From: an uncultured Candidatus Saccharibacteria bacterium
Lineage (GTDB): Bacteria > Patescibacteriota > Minisyncoccia > Minisyncoccales > GWA2-46-15
Assembly (NCBI GenBank): GCA_964437545.1
Contig: CAYTHH010000001.1
Span: forward strand, 14,381 to 78,380
DNA length: 64,000 nt
Direction: 5' to 3'
Both the position numbers and the translations under genes were made by a program. Position 1 is the first letter of the stretch. Each line of letters begins with the position of its first letter. Below are positions 45,839 to 55,431 of the stretch, piece by piece. The notes under the pieces are model-generated. The model had not been told where the DNA came from. It did no database searches and saw nothing but the letters and a program-made list of their open reading frames with translations.

Positions 45839-46675
45839 TTATTTTTTAGCTGCGTGTCCCCTATTAAAATAAATAGTGGTCGGCAAGTGATATTTTTTTG
45901 ATAATTTTTCTATTTTTTGTTTTTCCAGATTATAAAATTCAAGAAACTTTTTCGAATCAAAAAGAATTTCTTTCATTGGCAAAAGCAACTTTGGATATTT
46001 TTCTTTTAAAATATTTTCAACTCCAATCCAATTGCCGCCAATTGTATTTAAGCTTTCGGTAAAAACCTGTTTTATTCCAGCTTGCTTAAACTCCTTAAAA
46101 AGAACTTCAGGATCTGTGAAGAATGGCCAGTAGGGGCCCATCATGGCAAAAACAACAATTTTTTCTTGGCTAAGCTTTTTAGCCGTTATTAGTCTTTGAT
46201 CGAGAGTTGAAGAACCGGGTTCGGTTAATTTTTTCCACACCTCATTATTAGTGGCAATGGTAAAATTAACATCAACCTTTTTCATTTTTTTAAGCAGATC
46301 AAGGTCTCTTAAAACTAAAGAAGATTTAGTTAGAATACTGACTGGATTATTATAATTTACCAATACCTCAAGAATTTTTCTGGTTAATTTATACTTTCCC
46401 TCAATTGGTTGATATGGATCAGTGACCGTGCCAATATAGATTTGTTCATTAGGTTTTACAGATTTCATTTGTTTTTGCAGGACTTCGGCAATATTAATTC
46501 TGGCATCAACAAAACTACCCCATTCTTCAGTATGTCCCGTGAATCTTTTCATAAAACGGGCATAACAATAAACACAGGCGTGCGAGCAACCAACATAGGA
46601 ATTAATGGCCAAGCCACCGCCGGGAAAACCGCATTTGCCAATTGCTGATTTACAGATGATTTCTTTTATTCTCAT
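45839..46675 (-). CDS. Radical SAM protein (SPL/Rv2578c-like)
   Basis: GCSHACVYCYA, TDPYQP.E, LTKS. Confidence 0.9.
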   Translation of the reverse strand: MRIKEIICKSAIGKCGFPGGGLAINSYVGCSHACVYCYARFMKRFTGHTEEWGSFVDARINIAEVLQKQMKSVKPNEQIYIGTVTDPYQPIEGKYKLTRKILEVLVNYNNPVSILTKSSLVLRDLDLLKKMKKVDVNFTIATNNEVWKKLTEPGSSTLDQRLITAKKLSQEKIVVFAMMGPYWPFFTDPEVLFKEFKQAGIKQVFTESLNTIGGNWIGVENILKEKYPKLLLPMKEILFDSKKFLEFYNLEKQKIEKLSKKYHLPTTIYFNRGHAAKK

Positions 46676-46678
46676 AAG

Positions 46679-47422
46679 CTAGCCGATTAAGGTTAGGGCG
46701 GCCATAATGGCAATTCCCAAGATCATTAACAGCATTTGCCAGAAAGAAGTACTGAGTTTTATTTCGTGATGAAGTTCGGGCAAGAGATCTGAGCCAGCAA
46801 TATATAGAAAGCCACCAGCAGTGATTGGCAGTAAAAACAGAGAAAAATCATTGATCTTGGAACCGATGACCAAAACAATAATAGTCCCCAAAATTGCAGT
46901 TAAGCCGCTTAAAAAATTATATAAAAGAGCTTTTTTAATAGTGAAGCCTGAGTGGATTAGGACGCCAAATTCTCCTATTTCATTTGGAATTTCATGAAAG
47001 ACAACGGCAATGGTGGTGGCCAGGCCCAAAGGAATACTGACCATGAAGCTGCCAGCAATGATCATACCATCAATTAAGTTATGGGCGGCATCACCAATTA
47101 AGATCATACTGGCAACAGTTTTTCTATGATCTAAACAATCAATATCGTGGCAATGACGCCATCTTAAAAATCTTTCTAAAGAAAAGAATAGTAAGATACC
47201 GACAATAACTAGGAATGACGGTAGTAGTCCAAAGCCAAGATTTTCAAAGGTTTCGGGTAAAAGATGGATGACAGCATCACCAAACAAGGCGCCGACCGCA
47301 AAACTGACAAAAAATAACGAAGCTTTTTTTACTTTATCTATTCCAAACGATAAGCTAAAAACTCCAACTAAAGAAATTAAGCTGATAATAACAACACTGA
47401 TTAAAGAGTAAACCCAAATCAT
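46679..47422 (-). CDS. ZIP-family metal transporter
   Basis: HLLPE, HNLIDG, HEIPNEIGEF, SDLLPELH. Confidence 0.93.
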   Translation of the reverse strand: MIWVYSLISVVIISLISLVGVFSLSFGIDKVKKASLFFVSFAVGALFGDAVIHLLPETFENLGFGLLPSFLVIVGILLFFSLERFLRWRHCHDIDCLDHRKTVASMILIGDAAHNLIDGMIIAGSFMVSIPLGLATTIAVVFHEIPNEIGEFGVLIHSGFTIKKALLYNFLSGLTAILGTIIVLVIGSKINDFSLFLLPITAGGFLYIAGSDLLPELHHEIKLSTSFWQMLLMILGIAIMAALTLIG

Positions 47423-47542
47423 AATAATTATATTTTAACAGGTTTTCTTTACTAATGCACCTTTTATAACGGCTAGTAAGCCGATATATCATTCTGCTAT
47501 GAAAGAAAAGAGGGGGCGGATTTATTTCCGTCCCCTGCTTTT

Positions 47543-47767
47543 TTATTCAATAGATCCTTTGGGGATTTTTTCCCCACAGTTCGGGCAATTAATTACTATC
47601 CCCCTTATTTTTCTTCCACAATTCGGACATTTAGTACTACTTCCTTTTTTAGAAGAATGCCTGATCTTTACGGTTCCCTGGACAGTTTCTACGGGCGGAG
47701 TACTAATACAATTCTCACATCCGCTGGGTGCGAGATTACATCCGATACAGATATTAGTGAAAAACAT
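47543..47767 (-). CDS. Small Cys-rich zinc-ribbon protein (74 aa)
   Basis: GGAGG SD before ATG at 47767; CIGC-CENC and CPNC-CPNC pairs; terminator-like hairpin at 47507-47542. Confidence 0.65.
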   Translation of the reverse strand: MFFTNICIGCNLAPSGCENCISTPPVETVQGTVKIRHSSKKGSSTKCPNCGRKIRGIVINCPNCGEKIPKGSIE

Positions 47768-47839
47768 TGTTGTTCCTCCAATTGGTCTATGTCCTTCCAA
47801 CATAATGGAAGGTTAATGAAAGAGCTGAAAGGTTTAGAG

Positions 47840-47863
47840 CGTTCCCTACCGGAGTCGAACCAG
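47840..47863 (-). pseudogene. 3' fragment of a tRNA-Glu-like gene
   Basis: Minus strand CTGGTTCGACTCCGGTAGGGAACG = T arm plus 3' acceptor strand. Confidence 0.65.
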
Positions 47864-47867
47864 CTTG

Positions 47868-47939
47868 CGGCCTTGACGGGAGTCGAACCCGTGTGCCATG
47901 GTTGAGAACCATGTATCCTAACCACTAGATGACAAGGCC
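47868..47939 (-). tRNA. tRNA-Glu(CUC)
   Basis: GGCCTTG...CAAGGCC-G, anticodon arm CATGG-TTCTCAA-CCATG, GGTTCGACTCC. Confidence 0.95.
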
Positions 47940-47952
47940 TTTATTGCCGCAA

Positions 47953-47984
47953 GCCTGATGTCCTAACCACTAGACGATGGGGGC
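47953..47984 (-). pseudogene. 5' fragment of another tRNA-Glu-like gene
   Basis: Minus strand GCCCCCATCGTCTAGTGGTTAGGACATCAGGC, breaking off at the anticodon loop. Confidence 0.75.
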
Positions 47985-48073
47985 ACTTTTTGGATGCCAA
48001 GTAAACTGTTATAGTTTGCATTTTTAGCTCTCCTTTCTACCCCTTTTTTAACACTAACTGTTGATAAAGTCAA

Positions 48074-49768
48074 TTATTCGGTTTGGTAGTCAGGCGGAAT
48101 TTGCCAGAGATCAATAATGTATTTGGCTAAGTCATGAAAAATAGGCATAGCAGAGTATTCGGCAGTATTAGTTTCGGGATTATCAAGCTTGACCAGGATC
48201 AGGAACTCAGGATTAAAAGCCGGAGCAAAGCCGGCGAAAGACTGAATAGTTTTGTCAGAATAACCAGACTTGTTAATTCCTAGCGCTGGCCAGGAAACCT
48301 GAGCAGTGCCGGTTTTACCGGCAATCAAATATCCTGGGATCTTGGCTTTTTTGCTATAACCATTTTCGATAACACTAATCATCATTGAAGTTACTTCAGC
48401 GCTTGTTTTAGAAGAAATAATGTTTTGAGATAGCTCGGGTTGGATTTCTTGAACCAAACGATTGCCGTTAATTTCATTAACTATTTCTTTAATTAAATGG
48501 GGTTTTGGCATTTTGCCATTATTAGCAATGGCGCAATATGCTTGGATCAACTGGATAGGAGTGATCTCAATGCCTTGACCAAAGCTGGCAGTGGCAAAGT
48601 TGATTTCATAACCTTTTTTAAATTCCTGGTTTTTAGAATAAACCTCTCCTCCGGTATCAATATTGGTTTTTTCAAAGAAGCCGAACTTATCCAGGTATTC
48701 CAAGAAAAGACTGGAGCCCAGTTGTTGCTCAGCAAAAACAGCTCCGGTATTGATTGATTTCTCCAAAACCTGGGTCATGGTTTGCTCGCCATGAGTTCTT
48801 TTTGAATAGTTATAGATTGGGATTTCACCGATTCTGACAATGCCTTCGTCAATATAAGTGGTTTCCGGAGTTATTTTCCCTTCTTCAAGGGCAGCGGCCA
48901 TGGTAAATGGTTTAAAAACAGATCCTGGTTCAAAAATGCTTTGAATGGCTTGGTTTTGGAAAACAGCCATATCTTTTTCTTGTTCGTAATTGTTAGGATT
49001 AAAATTAGGAAAGCTGGCTAAAGCGATGATTTCTCCAGAACTAGGCTTAATAACAATAATTGTGCCCGACTCAATATTTAAATTTTCCTTAGCTTGTATT
49101 AATAGTTTTTCAGCTTCGAATTGAACCTGATGATCAAGTGTTAGGATAAGGGTGCTACCTCTCTTTATCTCTTCCATAGGGTCAGAAGAGATCAATAAGC
49201 CGCTCAAACCTTTTTCTCCCCTAACAATGCCTTGATCTCCCTTTAAAATTTCTTGGTAATAGCTTTCAAGACCATATTGACCCTGCTCTTCAGAGTCGAC
49301 AAAACCAACTAGACTTGAAGCCATTGTTCCTTGGGGGAAAATTCTGGAATCTTCCTGACCGATATGAATTCCGGGAAAATTGATTCTCTGCAGTTTATCA
49401 ACCTGATCTACACTTGCTTTGGTTTCTAATAATTCATAAAAGCTGTCATTATTAACTTTTTCTTCAATAAAACCTTCTTCCAGATCTAGAATCTGTTTTA
49501 AGGCTTCTTTAGTTTTTTCTTTATCTTCAATTTCCCCTGGCGAGATGTAAACAAAATATCGGATTTTGTTAGTAGCCAATTTTTCTCCGTTGGCAAAAAG
49601 AATTTCTCCTCTGGCGCCGGTAACATTCTCAAAAAATCTTTGTTGGCCTTGAGCCATAGCTTTGTAAAACTTGCCATTTAGTACTTGAATCCAAAACAAG
49701 CGGCCAATAATGGCCGCTCCGATTAAGAATAACAGAAAAATGATCAGGTTTAATCTTTTATTATTCAT
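48074..49768 (-). CDS. ftsI: Class B penicillin-binding protein (FtsI/PBP2-like)
   Basis: EPGSVFK (SxxK), SIN (SxN), KTGTAQ; in the mraZ-rsmH-ftsL cluster. Confidence 0.88.
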   Translation of the reverse strand: MNNKRLNLIIFLLFLIGAAIIGRLFWIQVLNGKFYKAMAQGQQRFFENVTGARGEILFANGEKLATNKIRYFVYISPGEIEDKEKTKEALKQILDLEEGFIEEKVNNDSFYELLETKASVDQVDKLQRINFPGIHIGQEDSRIFPQGTMASSLVGFVDSEEQGQYGLESYYQEILKGDQGIVRGEKGLSGLLISSDPMEEIKRGSTLILTLDHQVQFEAEKLLIQAKENLNIESGTIIVIKPSSGEIIALASFPNFNPNNYEQEKDMAVFQNQAIQSIFEPGSVFKPFTMAAALEEGKITPETTYIDEGIVRIGEIPIYNYSKRTHGEQTMTQVLEKSINTGAVFAEQQLGSSLFLEYLDKFGFFEKTNIDTGGEVYSKNQEFKKGYEINFATASFGQGIEITPIQLIQAYCAIANNGKMPKPHLIKEIVNEINGNRLVQEIQPELSQNIISSKTSAEVTSMMISVIENGYSKKAKIPGYLIAGKTGTAQVSWPALGINKSGYSDKTIQSFAGFAPAFNPEFLILVKLDNPETNTAEYSAMPIFHDLAKYIIDLWQIPPDYQTE

Positions 49769-49787
49769 CTCCCCCTACCTATGCTTT

Positions 49788-50108
49788 TTACCTGGCAACA
49801 ACACTTTTTTCCATAGCTTGGATAAAGCTGACACTTTGGGCCTTTTCCAGTCCTAGGTTACTGATTAGCTCTTCAAGATTAGAGAGAGAATTTTCTTGGG
49901 TTGCGCTGGCTTCTAAAAACTGGTTTTCTTCTTTCAAGTTAGTTAATTTTTCCTGGAGATGTTGTAATTGGTAGGTTCTGGCAATGATTTGATTATTTTG
50001 CCAGAAAAAAATTGAAGCTAAGGTTATTAAGAGAGCAATGCTAGTTAAGCTAGCTAGCAACCAGAATTTCTGGTTTGTTTTCGTCGGAGCGTAAACTAAA
50101 ACATTCAT
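49788..50108 (-). CDS. FtsL-like cell division protein
   Basis: TM plus coiled coil between rsmH and the PBP. Confidence 0.65.
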   Translation of the reverse strand: MNVLVYAPTKTNQKFWLLASLTSIALLITLASIFFWQNNQIIARTYQLQHLQEKLTNLKEENQFLEASATQENSLSNLEELISNLGLEKAQSVSFIQAMEKSVVAR

Positions 50109-50986
50109 ATTATTTTTTGCACCACTCTTAATTTTGCTGATCTTGATCGTTGGTTAGTTTGTAATTCTTGGGCACTGGCCACGATTGGTTTTTTGGTCAG
50201 GACCTTAACCCTTTCTTCTGTTTTAAAAAAATGTTTGACTATTCTATCTTCTAAAGAATGGAAAGAGATAACAGCTAGCTTGCCTCCTTTATCCATAATG
50301 TCAATCGCTTGAGGCAGAGCAATCTGCAGGTTTTCCAGTTCGTTGTTGACGGCAATTCTCAAGGCCATAAAAGTTCTGGTGGCTGGATTTATTCTCCCCT
50401 TTTCGTAGTTTGCCGGCACTGATTTTTTAATGATCTCAACCAGCTCTAGGGTTGTCTTGATTTGTTTAGTTTTTCTTCTCAAGACAATGTTTTCAGCAAT
50501 CTTTTTAGCGAATCTTTCCTGACCGAACTCTTTAAAAATTCTTTCCAGTTCCGGTTTGCTCCAGTAATTAACGATTTTATCTGCGGTTAAGCCTTCTTTT
50601 CCCGCTAAGGACATAATCAAGGGTTCGTCTCTTAAAAAGCTGAAACCCCGACCCGATTCCTGTAACTGCCAGCTGGAAATACCCAGATCCATAACAATTC
50701 CTTTTATTTTTGAAAAATTCCTATTGGCAACAATCCTTTTTAAATTTACAAAGTTATCATTAACCAGAATTATTCTCTTGTCATATTTGAAGTCCTTTAA
50801 GATCTTGGCTGTCGTTGCTAGAATTTCTTGGTCTTGCTCAATACCCAAGACTTTTCCTTTGGGGCCGTTTCTCTTTAATATTTCCAGGCTGTGACCGGCT
50901 TGTCCCAGAGTGGCATCAACAAAGTTTTCGTTTTCTTTTGGATTTAGCCAGTCAGCTACTTCTTTTAAAAGGACGGGAATGTGCAT
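50105..50986 (-). CDS. rsmH: 16S rRNA m4C1402 methyltransferase
   Basis: HIPVLL, DATLG.AGHS, DLGISS, ISFHSLEDR, RSRSAKLR. Confidence 0.97.
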   Translation of the reverse strand: MHIPVLLKEVADWLNPKENENFVDATLGQAGHSLEILKRNGPKGKVLGIEQDQEILATTAKILKDFKYDKRIILVNDNFVNLKRIVANRNFSKIKGIVMDLGISSWQLQESGRGFSFLRDEPLIMSLAGKEGLTADKIVNYWSKPELERIFKEFGQERFAKKIAENIVLRRKTKQIKTTLELVEIIKKSVPANYEKGRINPATRTFMALRIAVNNELENLQIALPQAIDIMDKGGKLAVISFHSLEDRIVKHFFKTEERVKVLTKKPIVASAQELQTNQRSRSAKLRVVQKII

Positions 50987-50987
50987 C

Positions 50988-51419
50988 TTAAATTCCTAAT
51001 TCTTTCAGTCTTTCGGCAATGTCGCCGCCAGCGCTTTCAGTTTTTCTTTTGTATTCTTGCCATTTAGTTTCATCCCAAATTTCAAGACGATTACTGACGC
51101 CGGCAATAACTACCTTCTTTTTCAAACTGGCATATTCTTTAAGAAAGTCAGGAACCAGAATTCTGCCTAAGTTATCAAGATTAACTTCCATGGCTCCAGT
51201 TAACATCAACCTTGAGAATCCCCTAGCATCAGCTCCAGATAAAGGAAGATTGTTTATCTTTTCTGCAAGTTTGACCCATTCTTTCATTGGATATAGAGAT
51301 AAACAATTATCTAATCCCCTGGTAATAACAGCTTTTTTTCCTAGTAATTGACGAAGCTTGGCTGGAATGGCCAATCTTTTCTTGTCGTCTATTGAATATG
51401 AGTATTCTCCTATGAACAT
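50988..51419 (-). CDS. mraZ: Transcriptional regulator MraZ
   Basis: MFIGEY...DDKKRLAIP, DNLGRILVP, LEIWD. Confidence 0.97.
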   Translation of the reverse strand: MFIGEYSYSIDDKKRLAIPAKLRQLLGKKAVITRGLDNCLSLYPMKEWVKLAEKINNLPLSGADARGFSRLMLTGAMEVNLDNLGRILVPDFLKEYASLKKKVVIAGVSNRLEIWDETKWQEYKRKTESAGGDIAERLKELGI

Positions 51420-51494
51420 GTCCCTATGTATGTTCGAGAGTAAAGCTTAGCTTTACTCATAAACATGTTAGTTATCCCCAGTTTGGGGTGTTTT

Positions 51495-51552
51495 TCCCAT
51501 TGTTATCCACAATTATCCACTGTTCTCCTCGCTAATTCCACTATATCCCACT
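51495..51552 (-). promoter_or_regulatory. MraZ operator: GTGG boxes at about 10-nt spacing
   Basis: Plus strand ccat/ccac/ccac/cctc/ccac/ccac at 51497, 51507, 51517, 51527, 51538, 51548 upstream of mraZ. Confidence 0.75.
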
Positions 51553-51728
51553 AAGAACCCTTAGTCAATCACTCAAAACCACTGTCTTTTCCACAGTTTG
51601 TACACGATTCTTGGGGGAAATGAAAAAACCGCTTTTAGGCGGATTTTGGCATGATTAACGTTTATGTTAGGGTTTAGGTTTCAATGAAGATGAGTCGGAT
51701 ATGATGGTTACGATCAGAATGAATTAGT

Positions 51729-52319
51729 TTAAATCCTAATCGAATGATTTTTAAGTTCTTTTTTGAGCTGATCGATCTCTTTGAAAACAATCGATTTTAT
51801 ACCTAATTTTTCAGCTGCTTTTATATTTCTCTCCATATTATCAACAAAGAGAGTATTTTCAGGTTTTGATTTTATTCTATCCAGAATCAATTCATAGGAT
51901 TTTGGATCAGGCTTTGCGGTTTTTAGGTCTGCTGAAGAATAAACAACGTCAAATATTTTGCCGAGATTCCCCTTATTGCGCTTAATGTCCATCCATTCGA
52001 GAGATTCATTGGCGAGAATTCCTAACTTATAATTATTATTTTTTAACTTTCTACAAAGATCCAAAATATTTTCGTCAACAGCAATAGCATCATTATATTC
52101 GTTAATTATTTTAGAAATACTTACTTCTGTTTTCTCTGCAACTGTTTTCCAAAAAGTATCAATTTTTTCTAAGCCTACTTTTAGATTTGGCCAATGGAGT
52201 CTCCAGATTTCTTTAGCTTTTTCTATAGTAAAACCATTATTTTTAAGAGTTTCGATGAAAATTGTGTCCGAGTCTGTTCCAATAACTCCTCCAAAGTCAA
52301 TAATTATTGTATCTATCAT
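51729..52319 (-). CDS. HAD-family phosphatase (YihX-like)
   Basis: IDFGGVI, KPDP, FVDN. Confidence 0.88.
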   Translation of the reverse strand: MIDTIIIDFGGVIGTDSDTIFIETLKNNGFTIEKAKEIWRLHWPNLKVGLEKIDTFWKTVAEKTEVSISKIINEYNDAIAVDENILDLCRKLKNNNYKLGILANESLEWMDIKRNKGNLGKIFDVVYSSADLKTAKPDPKSYELILDRIKSKPENTLFVDNMERNIKAAEKLGIKSIVFKEIDQLKKELKNHSIRI

Positions 52320-52360
52320 GTTTTTAGAAAAAGAATTGAAGTCTAAATAACTATATTTTT

Positions 52361-54895
52361 CTAATTAATTTTCATCCTAAAATCAGGCACTTCGATTTCA
52401 ACCCTGGCGCCTCTTTTGAGTTCTCCGGATAACAAGCCTGAGGCCAGGATATTTTCTACTTTATTCTGGATGACTCTTCTCATCTGTCTGGCTCCGAAAA
52501 TAGGATCATATCCCAACTCAACAATCTTTTCTTTTAATGGTTCGGTAATTACTAATTCAACTCCTTTTTCAATCAGATTCTTTTTTAGCTTTTGTAAAAG
52601 CAGATTAGCAATTCCCAAAAGATTTTCTTTGGTTAAAGATTTGAAGACAACCACGGCGTCAAATCTGTTAATAAATTCCGGTCTGAAAGTTCCGGTTTCA
52701 AAAACATTATTTAAAAGTTTTTCTTTTATTTTTGGCATGGCCAGATTTTCGGCAATCGCTTCAAGAATGATCTGGTAGCCGGCGTTAGAAGTGGCAATAA
52801 TAACCGTGTTTAAAAAATTAATTTTGCGGCCTAAGCCGTCAGTCATAAAACCCTCGTCTAAAATTCTCAAGAACAAATTTAAGACATTGGGATTAGCTTT
52901 TTCAATTTCATCCAAGAGTACCAGGGAAAAAGGAGTTTCTCTGACCTGGTTAACAAAAAAGCTTTGTTCCTGATTAGTTCCGATTAACCTATCCAGATCC
53001 TTAGGATTTTGGTATTCAGAAAGATCCAATCTAACAATTCTTTTTTCATCGCCAAAGTAAGTAGCCGCCAAGGCCTTGGCGGTTTCTGTTTTACCTACAC
53101 CCGTTGGTCCTAAGAATAAAAAAGTGCCCATAGGTCCTTTTCTAACCGAAATGTCAGACCTAGCTCTTCTTAATGATGAAGCCACTTCCTTAACAGCTTC
53201 TTCCTGGTTAATGATTCTTTGGTGTAAAAGGCTTTCAAGATTTAAGAGAACTTCTTTTTCTTGGCCAGATAACTGTCCGACAGGGACTTCTGTTTTCTCG
53301 GAAATGATTTCAGCGACATGCCTGGGCAATAAAACCTCTTCTTTGCTTCGAGAAACTGAAATCAAGACCTCTTCCATTAAATCAGTAGCTTTTTTAGGAA
53401 AAGGCAGAGCCGGCATATAGCGATCAGCTTTAGAAACCAGCTCTTTAATAGCCGGATAACTAATGAATTTCTTGTACTTTGCTTCCCAGTCGGGGACAAA
53501 AAGTTCCAAGAGCATAATAGTCTCATTTTGGGATATCTGGGAGATTTCCACTTTTTCAAAAAAAGGCGCTACCGGGCTATTATCAACAATCCGATGAAAG
53601 TCGGCGAAGCTAGTAATGGCCAGTATCTTAAATGTCGGGGTTTGGAGATAATTAGTAATGATACCAGAGATATCAATGGTGCCAGGGCCAGTGTGGCCGC
53701 CACCAACAAAATTATGGAGATCTTGGATTATTAAAATAATATTACTAGCAGAAAAGGCTTCATGAAATACCGCTTCTAAAACTCGGCCAGCATCATCTCT
53801 GCCTTGACAGCGGCTAATAAGTACCGGTAAATCCAGCTCAACCACTCTTTTATAGTTTAACTCCGGAACGCTTTCACCAAATAAGATTCTTTGTGTTAAG
53901 GCTTGGATAATAGCGCCTCGGCCTGATCCCGGATCTCCAACCATGAGGACATTACTGTATTCGCCTCGTGCCAAGGATCTTTCAATCTGGTCAATTTCTT
54001 TTTTGTGGCCGATAATTTCTTTAAAACCTCTTTGTGCGACAATATCAGTCCAGTCAATTGAATATTTATCAAGGTTAATAGTATAGCCGGCCGACCACTC
54101 TTTAGCCATAGATCCCATTCTGACCAAGTTTTTATATTCCCAGAATTTTTTCCTTTCCTCAATCTTTCTTTCATGGTTCTCCCACCACCAGGTTAGATTT
54201 TCAACATCTTCGGTTTTTAAGTCAGCTTCAATCAGAACCCTTTTAAATAAAGGATCGTTCTTTGACAAAGAAGTCAGGAGATTACCAGGACTGACAACTT
54301 CATATCCTCTTTCATCTGCTTTCTTTAGAGAATCAATATAAAAATCATTAAGATTTTCGTCTTTATCTCGGGGGGGGGTTTCTAATTTTTCTTGGAGAAA
54401 TTGTTTAAGGTCGCCTCGGTTAAGTAGAAGTCTTGAAAAGACAAAAGAAACCAAGGGAGAATCTTCGTAAAGCAGAGAGTAGAAAAAAATAGCCGTGTTG
54501 GGCGGAGCTTTTCTTTTCCGACAAAAGTCTTCAGTTCTTTTGACTGCTATTGAGGCCCTAAAGTCTAAGAAGCTGGCAAAATTAAAGTTTTTCGGAGCCT
54601 GCAAAACCTCTTTAATGGAAACTAAGGGTTTTGGTTTTTTGAGCTTTGAGTTAAAGAAAAGATCAAGTTCCCCAAAAATAGCAGCCAGAGATAATGATAT
54701 TATAAAAACGCCAAAAAGTTTGGCCAAAGAAGAATTGTTAAGAACGTTTGTAAAGAAGCCAAAACCAAAAGTAGCTAGCAACAAAAAAGCTAAGACAAAA
54801 AAGATTATTTTAAAAACCCCAGCGTTTTTTAAAAATGGCCATTTAGAAAAACTAATCGCTTTAGATATTTTTGATTGAGAAACATTTAATAACAT
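52361..54895 (-). CDS. ClpA/ClpB-like AAA+ ATPase with N-terminal TM segments
   Basis: D2 GPTGVGKT, LLDEIEKA, RPEFINRFD, GAR; D1 degenerate (GDPGSGRG). Confidence 0.85.
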   Translation of the reverse strand: MLLNVSQSKISKAISFSKWPFLKNAGVFKIIFFVLAFLLLATFGFGFFTNVLNNSSLAKLFGVFIISLSLAAIFGELDLFFNSKLKKPKPLVSIKEVLQAPKNFNFASFLDFRASIAVKRTEDFCRKRKAPPNTAIFFYSLLYEDSPLVSFVFSRLLLNRGDLKQFLQEKLETPPRDKDENLNDFYIDSLKKADERGYEVVSPGNLLTSLSKNDPLFKRVLIEADLKTEDVENLTWWWENHERKIEERKKFWEYKNLVRMGSMAKEWSAGYTINLDKYSIDWTDIVAQRGFKEIIGHKKEIDQIERSLARGEYSNVLMVGDPGSGRGAIIQALTQRILFGESVPELNYKRVVELDLPVLISRCQGRDDAGRVLEAVFHEAFSASNIILIIQDLHNFVGGGHTGPGTIDISGIITNYLQTPTFKILAITSFADFHRIVDNSPVAPFFEKVEISQISQNETIMLLELFVPDWEAKYKKFISYPAIKELVSKADRYMPALPFPKKATDLMEEVLISVSRSKEEVLLPRHVAEIISEKTEVPVGQLSGQEKEVLLNLESLLHQRIINQEEAVKEVASSLRRARSDISVRKGPMGTFLFLGPTGVGKTETAKALAATYFGDEKRIVRLDLSEYQNPKDLDRLIGTNQEQSFFVNQVRETPFSLVLLDEIEKANPNVLNLFLRILDEGFMTDGLGRKINFLNTVIIATSNAGYQIILEAIAENLAMPKIKEKLLNNVFETGTFRPEFINRFDAVVVFKSLTKENLLGIANLLLQKLKKNLIEKGVELVITEPLKEKIVELGYDPIFGARQMRRVIQNKVENILASGLLSGELKRGARVEIEVPDFRMKIN

Positions 54896-54924
54896 GGGTT
54901 TAAAATCAGGTGTTTTTTTGATGG

Positions 54925-55320
54925 CTAAAATAGCAGGCTAATACTCTTAAGAATGCTCAGGACAATTAGTAATGGCATGGCTAGCCAGATAACAATAGTG
55001 AATAGCCCGACAACAAAAATGCCAAGTTGGACAATAATGCCAAAAGAGATCATAAAAATTCTCATGATTGCTCCCAGAATTCGGGAAATCATATTTGAAA
55101 AGAAAACTTCAAAGTATTTGCCAATATCAAAACCCCGAGGATAATTCCAACGATATTGGTGCCAATAAGCAAAAAGAGTTTTAAAAAGTAAAGTGACTGA
55201 AAAATAGTTCCAGCTAAAAGCTAAAATATTCTTCCAACTCCTGAAAATTTGTTTTGGCGCCTCGATAAAGTGCCAATAAAGCCATAATAGAATAATGTTT
55301 TGGTTCAAAGTGTTTCCCAT
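54925..55320 (-). CDS. Hypothetical membrane protein upstream of the Clp-like ATPase
   Basis: Aromatic-rich N-terminus (FSV..L.KTLF..W) and TM C-terminus. Confidence 0.75.
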   Translation of the reverse strand: MGNTLNQNIILLWLYWHFIEAPKQIFRSWKNILAFSWNYFSVTLLFKTLFAYWHQYRWNYPRGFDIGKYFEVFFSNMISRILGAIMRIFMISFGIIVQLGIFVVGLFTIVIWLAMPLLIVLSILKSISLLF

Positions 55321-55431
55321 AACTTTATTTTAGCACATTAAAATATGGGGTGGTATATATTAGGCAGCCAAGAAAAGTTGAAACTAGCTTGGGAAAAATG
55401 CAGCGCAAACAAATTAACAAACTGCGAAAGA

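Noticed and set aside
47689-47925. ORFs overlapping tRNA-Glu (47689-47925, 47657-47905)
   Set aside because: Translations of the tRNA and its remnants.
51503-51595. DnaA boxes / oriC (TTATCCACA at 51503)
   Set aside because: The boxes fall in the 10-nt-periodic GTGG series upstream of mraZ and are better explained as the MraZ operator; no dnaA nearby and genes stay mostly on the minus strand on both sides.
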